Notes under the pieces: generated by a model
Seen by the model: only the letters and a program-made list of their open reading frames with translations
What the model was told of the DNA's origin: nothing
Databases searched by the model: none
Translations under genes and position numbers: made by a program
Shown: positions 52,650 through 64,000 of the stretch, piece by piece
How positions within the stretch are numbered: the stretch's first letter is position 1
How the letters are laid out: each line of letters opens with the position of its first letter
DNA from: the human T2T-CHM13v2.0 reference genome, Homo sapiens
DNA length: 64,000 bases
Assembly (NCBI RefSeq): GCF_009914755.1
Contig: NC_060926.1
Direction: 5' to 3' (one strand)

Positions 52650-55600
52650 TGATAAGGCTTCCAGCTTCCCATAGATAATGACAGATATCTAAATTACCAA
52701 ATCCTCATGGACCCCTATATAAACCTTGGAGATTTAATAAAGGAGGAGTCAAATAAAAGTACCCGTAAACCATGCTTATGCAGTAACTAGAGAAAGACAA
52801 CTTACAGACTTTTATTTACATGTAGATGGGGAATTTGCTAATACAAGCATAATTGGCTCAGAAAAGCACACTGCAACAGAGAGTCAAGGTGAAACTAAAT
52901 GAAGAAAAGAGGAGTACAGAAGTCTCCCTGGAGTGTTGGGACACTTATTAAACAGAGTTCACCTTCAGCAGAAGAGGGCCTCTCACTGAGTAAGAAATCT
53001 CAAGAGCAGGTCTGTAACATGAGCACCAGTTCCTGGAGAGACAATAGAAGGGGCTTAAAAAGTGCACAAGACCCCAGATACCAGAGTCACTTACAATGGA
53101 TAGTCAAGCAGGTTGACGTCAGACTACTTGTCGGCAACAGTTGATGTAAGAAAAGAATGAAACAATATTGACCAGAGTCACAAGGCATAGAATATGGACC
53201 AAATACTATGTCATATCTACCTAGGCTGTCCTTCAAATGTCAAAGTGATATAAAAACATGTTAAACACGAGAGAACTCTGAAAATATTTTACCCACACAC
53301 GTTTCCCAAAGGGGATATACTTCACCTAAGAAGCTGTGTTTGGGGAATCTCTGACAAAAAGACAGTCATGCATACATTTCACTAGAAATTTGAGGCCAAA
53401 AGAAAAGTAAGAAGTATATACACATTATCTACTTGACAAGCTAGAAATACCATATCCCAACAAAATGGGAGGGAGAGGAGAAGAAAATAGATAAGCTCAC
53501 TGAGTACCTTACTGGTAACAGATGAGAGTCAAGTGATGTTATTTTAAACTGACACACTGAATGGCAGGAGACTAAAGATACTCAGGAGCACAAAGATGAG
53601 CCTTAAGAAATAGAATATTGTTGACGAAAACTGCATGGTGGGAAGCAGAAGAAAAGGATTATAAGCTATTAGGTTGGTGCAAAATAATTGAGGTTTTTGC
53701 CGTAATAATTTTATTTTTGCTCAAAATAGGGAACCAAAATACACTGACTGAGGAAAAGAGGAAAGAGTTAAGGAGAGTATATAACATTTTCTTATAAAGA
53801 TAACTGTTGGAAAAAAATATAAATTTTCCCAAATACCAAAAAAACCCCGAAACCAGAATAAAACAACAACAAAAACCAGTTTTTAAAAGGGCAAAGAAAA
53901 GATAACATAATGAAGTACTTCAAGAAAGTATATTTAACCTAGAATATGTTAGTATCAAGAAAACAAACACATCAGTTGCGTCAATAAATGTAAATACCTA
54001 TTGCAGTTATAATCAATTAACGTAGAAGTATCATTTTCTTATAAGCAATAAAGAAAAGCTTCACATTGCATAAAAACAGCACACTGTATAAAAAAGACAC
54101 AACCAAAACAAAGGCAAATGACTAAAAGATGACTTTAAAATACAGAAAGAAAATGGAAAAAAGAAAAGACTCAAGTGTCATGATTTAAGATACAGTAGAA
54201 TTTAGGGGGAAAATTAGTAAACAAAAATGAGATACTTTGTAATGCTAAATGCTAATTTATACTAATAACAAAATATATGGCTACCTATGAAATATGAATA
54301 TCTATGAAATAAACAAGAGAAGCAATATTCATAAAACAGAAATTGCAAGAGAGAGAATGAAAAATACCAAGAAATATTCTAACAGTAGAAGACTTTAATA
54401 CACTTTCTTAAATCCAAGACATATCTGGAGGACAGGAAATAAGTAAGGATATAGAAGACAGCATAATAATAAGGCAGAGTTTTAAAAGTAGATATCAACT
54501 TTTGTAGCTTGATATTCTGTAATATCACTTTTTTTTCATATTCACATGACATACTCATGAAAATTGATCAAATAATAAACCACGGGCAAATTTTAGACAA
54601 TTACAAAAAGAGAAATAATACAAACAGCATTTTATGACTGTAAGACAATAAAACCAGAAGTTTTTAACAAAAAATAATACTTTAAAAATACCTTTCCTAC
54701 TGGAAAACTAAAAACTATATTAAACAACTCAAGTTAAAAACTAGGAAAACAAAAGTTGCATATTTTCTAGGAAAAATAATATTACATTTCTAAATTCATG
54801 GGGTATAGCTTACACAGTGCTTAGATAAAAATATATAGCCTTAAAATCATATACCAAAAAACTGAAAGAATGAAAATAAATCGATGCAATGAAAAAGAGG
54901 CAACAAAGTAAGCTGATAAAAACTGAATTAAGCATATAAAAGCAAAATTTTGTGAGTTTGAAAACTAATAGAATTAATAAACCAATAAAAAGTTAAGTCT
55001 TTGGGAAAAAAGCTACTGATTAATCAACAATTTTAAATGGAGAAAACAATAATAAAAGAAATGAGAAATTTCAAGAAAAAACTATAGGAACTGAGGATTT
55101 TTTTAAAAAATCATAAAATACTACCTTGCATAATTCTATTAAAACAAAATTTAAATATTTACATGAAATAATTTCTAGGGAAATAATGTCTAGCAAAACT
55201 GAAACTAGTTAAGATTGATAATTTGAGTAGACCATTATTAAAGAAGAAAAATAAATTTGTCAAGGAGCTACTTCACAAACAATTACCACAAATAAGTACC
55301 TCGATGACTTTACAGGGGAATCACACCTAACTTTTAAAGTCTAGATAATCCTCAAACTATTTAAATGCTTCAATAGCATACAAAAAGGAGAAGAAACTCT
55401 CAATTATTTTTTGAAGGAATTATAATATTGATACCAACACCTTAGAAAATTGCACATATGCAGGCAAAAATTATAGATCAATCTCCCTATTGGATATTGA
55501 TGCAAATTGCAAAATTAATATGCGTTAAGAGAACCCAACAACATATTACAAAATGAAACATATCATGTCCAAATGTGTCTTCTTCCAAGGATGCAAGAAT

Positions 55601-57385
55601 GGTTCATATTAATAACTTCATTTATAAAATATATTTTTAAAAAAGGAAAAGAATAATACACTCATTTCCACAGAGGCTAAAAAAGGCATTTTACAAATTT
55701 CAGCACCCATTATTAAAAAATTTAAGTCAATGGAAACTTTCTTAGAATAATAAAGCACATACAACTCAACTCACATGTCATTATTTCAATTAATGGGGAA
55801 TGTTTGAATTAAAGGCACTCGCACAACAATCAGAGCCAGGGCGTAGTGTTCACTGTTGATTTCTTTTTAATGATACCTTGGAGGTAATAGCCAGCACATT
55901 TTGACAAGAGAAAACTATGAGATGTACAAGATTGGAAAGGAAATATAAAACAATTTTTATTTTATGTGATAGAATATTTGAAAAATTAATAAAAGTCAAT
56001 GTATAAGTCACTGTAAACTAAGAATTCACTAAGATAGTTGGATGTAAAATTAATGTATTCAGAAAGAAAAGTTACTTTTATAAGAAAATATAATGGGAAA
56101 AAAGTTCCATTTATAATAGCAGCAACAACAAAAGTTACATGCCAAGGAGCAAAGTAAACAAGTGAGGAAAATTTTAAGACATTCCTGAAAGACACGAAAA
56201 TTAGACTTAGAAAATAAAAATGCATACTATATTTTTGAATAGAATTACACCATTATAGAGACATCAATTATCTTCAAGTTAACTTATACAATTAATGTGA
56301 ATCCAATAAAAATATTAAATAATTTTTTGTAGCTCTAGAAAATTTGCTTCTAAAGTTCACATGGAAAATTAATCAAAAAATAACCTCAACCTTCTGAAAA
56401 TTAATATCGAATAATAAGGGATCATGGTATATTAGTTATTTATTGTATATATAAACTGTATGATTCTGAGCGATAGATAGATCAACAGAACAGAATAGAA
56501 AATCCAGGAATAGATTCAAGCACATATGGAAGTTTAGTGTGTAATAAAGGTGGCATCTTAAATTACTGGCGAAAAGATAGACTTTTTAATAAATAATGTT
56601 AGAACAATGAGTGAGCCATTGAGAACAAGATAAATTAACTGTATACTCTGCACTATACACCAAAATAAGCTTACAATGCATCAGAGATCCTAAAAAATGA
56701 AATCATACAAGTTCCGGGGAAAGGAAGTGATTTATTTAGAACCTTGGAGTGGTGAAAGCTTTTCTAATTATGTCTCAAAAATTCAGATGCAATAAAGGAA
56801 AGGGTTATAAATTTAGACACATTACCAAAAAACCCTTTAAATAACAAAAATTATGAAAAAGATAAAAGACGCATTATTTTCTAGGTAAGCTATTTGCAGC
56901 TTACATTATAAATTGACAAGATAGAGAAAAAACAACCAATATGTATAAAAGAAATGGATAGTTGATAAAGAAATGTCCTTTGTGCTTAAATATATGGACC
57001 TTACTCATAGAATAAATATAAACTAAAACTAATTGAGGTACTACTTCTCACTTATGATAATGACAATAGTTGAGAAAACGGATTCTGACACGCTTTGTTG
57101 GCATAGTTTTGGGGAAAAGGGCTAATTCATGGCTGGTGGTAGTGTAAAATGGTTCAAAGCATGTGGAGGAGAATTTGACAGTATCTGAAAAGATTATATA
57201 TGCATCACCCTTGACCCAGGAATCCCACTTAAAGGACCCTGAAGATACATTTGTCCAATAATATACATATGAAAATACATAAGCAGAATTTACTCTGGCA
57301 TTATTTGTAACAGACAAAGTTTGAAAACAACCTAAATGTCCATCAGGTGTCAGGGGACTGGTTAAATACATTATATTATATCCAA
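52650..57385 (+). mobile_element. Large decayed old L1 (L1M), antisense to KCNH7, ending ~200 bp from the 57583 donor
   Basis: A-rich with ORF2-like relics (gtagaagactttaatacac; ccaaggatgcaagaatggttca; gatcaacagaacagaatagaaaatccag; ggaaaagggc...ggtggtagtgtaaaatgg; aaacaacctaaatgtccatca). 5' boundary approximate. Confidence 0.8.
53669..53702. mobile_element. MADE1 (mariner MITE) half element
   Basis: ttaggttggtgcaaaataattgaggtttttgcc matches one Hsmar1 TIR, preceded by TA. Confidence 0.8.
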
Positions 57386-57582
57386 GTTAAATGGCTTTCA
57401 GAGCAGCCAACAAATTTTGGAAGGTACCAAAAGGTAACATGAGCTAATGGCTTACTCATGTCAAATTATTTTACTTCAAATATAAAGATATTTTGAGAAC
57501 TGAATTGAAATGAAGACTGTATTAAAGTGACTACAGTAGCAGAATTATCAAGAGCATTGAGTACACATTGCCTTTTACTTAC

Positions 57583-57738
57583 GGTTTACAGTTTTGATTG
57601 GTAATATTGGGTTTACCCTCTCTGGGGTGGCAGCGTTTTCATTATCCGTCACATATTCAAAATTAATGATGAACATCATAGCCACGCCCTCTTGGTTTTT
57701 CACTGGAATTATGTGAGTGTTACAAATAAAAGTGGACC
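57583..57738 (-). CDS. KCNH7: KCNH7 internal coding exon (probably exon 3), end of PAS/PAC domain
   Basis: Minus strand ttag|GG TCC ACT TTT...GTA AAC C|gtaagt; 156 nt, phase 1 to 1; translates (G)[51 protein letters not shown](R). The PVKN..G...MFI.NFE motif is typical of the ERG-family PAC region. Not in the ORF track. Confidence 0.96.
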
Positions 57739-58772
57739 CTAAGGAGATTAAAAATGAATGTTAGTTAAAAATATGCCTTCATTCTGAACTATCAAGTAAC
57801 ATTAAAATTGAAATATACTCTTAAGGAAATTTGTATCTTAAATGATCACTGATATTAAAAAATAATTTGATCTTTTTTACTTCATATTTTATTGCATACC
57901 ATATTCATTTAAAATACATATGTCTTTCCAGAAAAACGTTACAAATAAATTCAGTTACTGCATTGTGGAAAAACAGAAATATCAAATTCTATTTGCTTTC
58001 ACACCCATCCCTATAATAGTTAATTTTTAAAAAGATATATTCTTTAACTTTCTAGAAATAATTCTTACCATTTTCTTATAAATTTTGATTAAATCTGAAT
58101 CTCTATAAAATATAGCTGTATAAAAAATGAAGGCAACTCATGTCATCTTGATTTTAAAAATAAGCAACTTATGTGCTTTTTCTCTTTTAATTTATTGGAC
58201 ATAAAATGGTAAATTATTGACTCTATCTTATATATGTTACAGTAATTCTTTTCTTTTCTGTGCAAAATTCACAACGTCCAAATTACAATGGTTTTGTTTG
58301 GTTTTTATTCTGTTAGAAAATAAGAACAAAGTTTTGTCTATATTATTGTGTTAGTAATCTTCTTCATGAGATGGTACTCTTCAAGACGATATTCTTCTAA
58401 AAGCAAAATTACAGGGCTAGTAAGCTATATTTCATTAGAATTCTGTGGAAATGAAATAAACAAAGGTATGACTCAGTTTGCAATCAACCACTACCATCCG
58501 TCTTCCAACAGAAACCCACAGGTCCAAGATTCAGAGCATACACTTGAAAAGTAGACTTCTTTTAAATCAACTGACTGCTGACTGACTCCTTGCAGCTGAC
58601 TTCTAGAATTCCCTCAAAGCAGTTTCCTCACACTTTTACCCTCTGAATATGCTCTTTAGTCAAGGTAATGGAAATTTCACAGGCTTGAAATTTGTTTCTG
58701 TTCCAGCTATTTAAGTTACAAATAAAGTATTTTTAAAATGCCAAAACTTCAGAAGGTGTTCTTAATCATTTA

Positions 58773-58997
58773 CAAGCTTGTCCAACCCCGTGGCCTGTGG
58801 GCTACATGTGGCCCAGGATGGCTTTGAATGTGGCCCAACACAAATTTGTAAACTTTCTTAAAACATTGAGCATATTTTATTTACTTATTATTATTTTTTT
58901 AGCTCATCAGCTATCGTTAGCATTAGTGTATTTTATGTGTGGCCCAAGACAATTCTTCCAATGTGGCCCAGGGAAACCAAAAGATCGGACCCCCCTG
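58773..58997 (-). mobile_element. MER30
   Basis: caagcttgtccaacccc...gggaaaccaaaagatcggacccccctg; reverse complement homologue of 9920-10141. Confidence 0.88.
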
Positions 58998-59765
58998 ATT
59001 TAGGAAATGTGTCCATTTCGACTGCTTTTTTTCACAACTAGCTGAGACCACCTTGAATCTTGAGGAGAATGATGATTCAATGCAGAGGCGGGGGGAGGTT
59101 GAGAGCAAGATTAGTCTGGCATGAAACATCAGACGGAAATGTGAGCAAGTGCCAGGACCCCTGGAGGCTGGAGACAGGGGCCGGGCAAACAGCTGAAGGA
59201 TCTTTTTGGGAGCCCTAACATCTGCAAAGGCCAGTAGATGCAAGTATCCCAAATGGTGACCTATGTAAGCTCTAATAAAGTCAGCATAAGAAAACTCTTT
59301 CCTTTCTTCTTATCCTGCATCTTGGCTCCTGCTGCTAGAGCTGAGAACAAAAGCTATTATGGAGACCGCCACAGATCGAGGACTTCATAGGGGAGGGATT
59401 TTGAGGGTAGGCCTGGAGATCTAACAATTATTTATAAAATTGTTTCTATGGGTAAATATGTTCTAATTTCCAAGGAATTGATCGACAGATATACTTTTAG
59501 AAAGACTTTTTGTAAGTTAGGAATGCCTATGTGCTCCTTATAATTCAGATGTGCTAGTTATAATACAAATGTGGACAGCTTCCCAAATTTGAAATGTGGA
59601 TAACTTTATTTATAACTAATTTCATATTATCTATAAATGTGGCAATGGTTTTACAGATGTTGGAAAATATGCCTTAGGAATGGCAAGCTGCACCTTCAGT
59701 CTTCAGCTTCTTCAGCTATGTCTCCAATTCATTTAATAAAATAGTTAGCTGGAGCACTTGTCATA

Positions 59766-59779
59766 GTTTCCATGGTAAC
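59766..59779. promoter_or_regulatory. RFX X-box motif
   Basis: GTTTCCATGGTAAC, near-palindromic match to GTT(G/T)CCATGG(C/T/A)AAC in non-repeat sequence. Motif only. Confidence 0.5.
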
Positions 59780-61229
59780 AAACGGGATGACTTTAGTAAA
59801 CAGAAAATAAGCAATTTAAGACTGTTCTATTAGAACTAAAAATAGAAGTGCTTCAGGCCAGGCATCACAGCACACACTGGTTAAACAGAGTCTGAGGAGA
59901 TGCTAGAAATAGTCATTATGTACTTTCCTAATGAACCAAAATACATATTGATTTTACCATTTAAAATGACATTTCCTGGATCATTTAGAATATCATTGTG
60001 AATTCGCACATTTGCTATTTAAGCAGTTTCAAATTTTCCAACACTTGGGGTGTACTGTTGACTATAAAAAAACATAAAAAGTGTTTGAGAAATCAAGAAA
60101 TAAAATATGTGGGGATAGAGATCTAATAGGCTTGTAATAGAGCAGTTTTGCTTTTGGTAATAAGGGGCAAAATCATGTTTTCTAATACAAGTGTTTGAAA
60201 ATTTACTGTCTAAATCAGTAAATTTTCTGATTTAGTAATTTACTGAATTACTAAAAATCATAGTACTAAAAATCATAAAATTATAGTGCTTTATATAAAA
60301 GTTCAGCTATCTGCATTGGCTCTAAAGCATATTAAATAAATGTAATTAATCTGGGATTTATTGCCCACTATCATTGTTTCCTGTACATTTCTATTAAGCA
60401 ATATATTTCCTCTCAAGTCAACTGAAAACTCACATTCACATACTTTTCTCTTTTAGTTTGGGGATTTAATATCTCCATCAATCTTGCATAGCCTCCCGGA
60501 AGGCAGACAATGAAAGGAGATACATGGAATTTAGAGGAAGAGAAGAATAGAATATATTTTATAGAACAGAAATATTTTAGCTTGGATAATTCTACAAACT
60601 CCAACTAAGTTCTGTCAAGATACTACTTTGGTCAAGTGACATTGCCCTAAGAAGTCATCACTCTGTGCTCCTAAGTATTTCTCTTGAATGCAACATTGGG
60701 AGCAAGAGCAATGGAAACCTAACCCAGCAAACACTAACCAAGCAATGAAGAAAAAAAAATAGACATCTAATAATGTGGAAATAAGACTTCTAAACAAATC
60801 TAAAAAAATTTCAGACCTTGTTAAATGAATCTTGTATTCAAATGAAATTAATAATGTTTGTTAAGAAGCAGATTATTTACAATAATATTAGCTATTATTT
60901 ATAAAATTATACATGCAAATATACTAATATTGCTAGACTACAGTTCATATCCACATTTTCTCCCCTGAGTGAAAACATTTCCAAAGTGGAAAAGACTGTT
61001 TAGGAGGAACAGTGCTAATTTTAATAAAATTTTTAGAGTATGTGATTTTTGACTGCAGCCATAGAGCAAGCAAACTCAAGGTAATCTGAATAATTATGAA
61101 AAGTATACTTTATTTTATAAGTTGGTGGCGTATACCTAGTTGCATTTTACAATAAGATGATGGGACTCCTCCTTTTGAACTGCTTTAAAGGCGTTTTATT
61201 GTACTGTGTGTGGTTTGTGTTCACAGGGC

Positions 61230-62720
61230 ATCTTATGTCTTTGAGGAATAGCATAGAAGCCAATGTAACTAGGGCTGTGTATGGTTGTTGTGGGACAGGG
61301 CAAGGTGGGGAGAGTAGGCAAGGTCAAGGGAGAAGCCAGAAGCCACTGGGAAGAAGGCCAAAGAATGGATCTGAAGCTTTTCACTGTGTTAGACAGGAAG
61401 GCACTGGAGAGTTTTATCCAGGGGTTAGCATGATTTGACTTAAAACTTTCCTTCACATGTGTGTGTGATGAATAGCTTATAGAGGAGGCCAGGATGGAAG
61501 GAGGGAGACCAGTTGGGAAAATACTGCAATACTCTTGGTAAGCCAAGATGGCAGTTTGGCCCAGGGTGTTGTTGTTGCAGGTGGTAATGAGGGGTCTGTT
61601 TGGGATGTTTTGAGGTAGAGCGTATAGGATTTGCTGATACATTGGATGGGACATAAGATAATGAGAGGTGTCCAAGTTGACAACAAATTTGGTAGCAGAA
61701 CCATTTATTAAAATGGGGAAGACTGTGGAAGAAGGTGGCTTTTGGGATTGTGTAAATCCACATGTTTTCAGCATGTTGACTTTGCAATTGTTTATTAGAT
61801 ATCTAAGTGGAGATGTTGAGAAGGTAGTTGGATCCAGGAGACTGAAGTTAAGTTCAGGGATTGGCCCAAGCTAGGATACAAATTTGGGAACAATTAGAGA
61901 ATGGATTACGTATAAGGACTGGATGAGGTCACACAGGGAATCAATATAGTTGGAAAACTATGTGACCTGAGTCTGGAGGCACCATAGAATCAAAGAAGGG
62001 AAGATAAAGAACTAGCAGAGATTGGGTAGGAGCAGATGGTGAGGTAGAAAGATAATCAAGATTGTGGTGCGTTCAATAGCAAAGATGTGGAATCAGCCTA
62101 AATGCCCATCAGTGATAGACTGGATCAAGAAAATGTGGTACAGATACACCATGGAATATTATGCAGCCAAAAAGGAATGAGATCAGGTCTTTTTCAGGGA
62201 CATGAATAGAGTTGGAAGCCATTATCCTCAGCAAAGTAATGCAGGAACAGAAAACCAAACACTGCATGTTCTCATTTATAAATGGGAGCAGAATGATGAG
62301 AACACATAGATACATGTGGGGGAACAACACATACTGAGGCCTGTAAGAGGCGGGGGATCGGGGAAAGGGAACATCAGGCAGAATAGCTAATGAATGCTGG
62401 GATTAATACCTAGGAGACAGAATGATCTCTGCAGCAAACCACCATGGCACACATTTACCTGTGTAACAAACCTGCACATTCTGCACATGTACCCCTGAAC
62501 TTAAAATAAAAATTGAAGAAAAAAAGGCTGTGGTGTGTTGCAGGCTAAGAGAAGAGGTATTTCAAAAGGAGGACTTGAGTGATAGGAGGTCATATCTTGA
62601 TGGTCTTCTATGTTCTTGAAATTCAGTCTTTTGGAGTTGGGGATATAGCAAATTGTTTTAAGTATGAAATTGTATTTTGGTGTCCAGAGCACACAGACAT
62701 GGGCTGTGTTAGTATTAGTG
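61230..62720 (-). mobile_element. L2 element split by an L1 insertion
   Basis: ttttgaggtagag...ggatttgctgat..attggat, agtggagatgttgag, ctggatgaggtcac; continues after 62540. Confidence 0.75.
62074..62523 (+). mobile_element. 5'-truncated L1 (older L1PA/L1PB) with TSD
   Basis: ORF2 end plus 3' UTR plus A tail; imperfect 16-bp TSD aagattgtggtgcgtt (62058-62073) / aaggctgtggtgtgtt (62524-62539). Confidence 0.9.
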
Positions 62721-62903
62721 ATGTCTTAAAGAAGAGAAATAAATTTAAAAGATATAGGGTCTATTTATTTGACTGAAGAGACAAAAGCACATTTAGAAAG
62801 ACTATTCTATATCTCTCTTTTTTTTTTTACTATTTACTTAGGTTTTATAACTTTATTTAAATTGTTAGTGGCTGTGATTCTTTTTTTTTCTTTGATGAGC
62901 TTC

Positions 62904-63593
62904 TTTTTATTATTATTATTATTATACTTTAAGTTTTAGGGTACATGTGCACAATGTGCAGGTTAGTTACATATGTATTCATGTGCCATGCTGGTGTGCT
63001 GCACCCATTAACTCGTCATTTAGCATTAGGTATATCTCCTAATGCTATCCCTCCCCCCTCCCCCCACCCCACAACAGTCCCCGGAGTGTGATGTTCCCCT
63101 TCCTGTGTCCATGTGTTCTCACTGTTCAATTCCCATCTATGAGTGAGAACATGCAGCGTTTGGCTTTTTGTCCTTGCGATAGTTTACTGAGAATGATGAT
63201 TTCCAATTTCATCCATGTCCCTACAAAGGACATGGACTCATCATTTTTTATGGCTGCACAATATTCCATGGTGTATATGTGCCACATTTCCTTAATCCGG
63301 TCTGTCATTGTTGGACATTTGGGTTGGTTCCAAGTCTTTGCTATTGTGAATAGTGCCGCAATAAACATACGTGTGCATGTGTCTTTATAGCAGCATGACT
63401 TATAGTCCTTTGGGTATATACCCAGTAATGGGATGGCTGGGTCAAATGGTATTTCTAGTTCTAGATCCCAGAGGAATCGCCACACTGTCTTCCACAATGG
63501 TTGAACTAGTTCACAGTCCCACTAACAGTGTAAAATTGTTCCTATTTCTCCACATCCTCTCCAGCACCTGTTGTTTCCTGACTTTTTAATGAT
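62904..63593 (-). mobile_element. 5'-truncated young L1PA (ORF2 C-terminus plus 3' UTR)
   Basis: ttattatactttaagttttagggtacatgtgcacaatgtgcagg...; ORF 63126..63497 is the ORF2p C-terminus (WKTVWRFL..LELEIPFDPAIPLLGIYPKDYKSCCYKDTCTRMF). Confidence 0.96.
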
Positions 63594-63919
63594 TTCTATA
63601 ACTCTTATGCAAAATCATATTAACAAAAATAAATGGGATAGACAGTCTGAATGGCCATGTATAGTCTGTTTAGCCTGATGGATTGGGTCCCACTTGCATG
63701 TGGGAGGCTTGTGGCCTTCAGTAGAATACTTGCCCGTTTCTCTCATTTTACCAGTCACATGGTTAAGACTAAAGGAGCCTACTGAAAACAAAAAGGAGGA
63801 AGTTTTATGAACAAATAAAATAATGTATATAGAAGCATTATAAACAAAAAACTGAGCTGGCAAAAAGTTGGCAGTGTATCTGATAATACATTAGGTCTAA
63901 AGAAACATCCTTAACATAA

Positions 63920-63962
63920 TCTCTCTCTCACACACACATACGCACACACACACACACACACA
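63920..63962. repeat. (CT)n(CA)n microsatellite
   Basis: Seen directly. Confidence 0.9.
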
Positions 63963-64000
63963 AATACAATCACCAACATGATTAAATTACAACAATAGTG

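Larger units (their letters stand above)
1..64000 (-). other. KCNH7: Whole window lies inside the KCNH7 transcription unit (introns flanking the four exons)
   Basis: All four exons are internal; no start-codon exon or transmembrane-domain exon was seen in the window. Confidence 0.9.

Noticed and set aside
9920-58997. Two inverted MER30 copies bracketing all four exons
   Set aside because: Common MITE, 49 kb apart and diverged; no evidence of a composite element or pairing.
61196-61774. Longest ORF in the track (192 aa, minus strand)
   Set aside because: Lies in a decayed L2 element; non-ATG start, no splice or promoter context.
63126-63497. 123-aa ORF with real protein homology
   Set aside because: C-terminal fragment of L1 ORF2p in a 5'-truncated copy, not a gene.

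Overview
Primate (very probably human) genomic DNA. It is AT-rich and lies entirely inside one large minus-strand gene, which I recognise from the peptide sequence as KCNH7 (ERG3/Kv11.3, EAG-family voltage-gated K+ channel). Four consecutive internal coding exons with canonical AG/GT boundaries and compatible phases are present: 57583-57738 (156 nt), 38388-38816 (429 nt), a 21-nt microexon at 33319-33339, and 25110-25324 (215 nt). They encode the end of the PAS/PAC domain and the N-terminal linker. The rest is intron filled with mammalian/primate repeats: a complete ~6.6 kb non-autonomous ERV1 provirus (two LTRs, 4-bp TSD, PBS, PPT), solo LTRs (MER11, MER84-like, MaLR), L1, L2, MIR, Alu, MER30/MER5/MADE1, a 3'-truncated 5S rRNA retropseudogene and microsatellites. 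I see no evidence for a wholly new biological system. The best second-look items are the splicing-code signature around the microexon (SRRM4-type UGC plus a distal RBFOX cluster), an apparent L1 3' transduction, a tailless 5S retrocopy with TSD, and a sense-oriented MER11 LTR in the intron between the PAS-encoding exon and the rest of the channel. Repeat subfamily names and exon numbers come from recalled consensus/annotation, not a database search.
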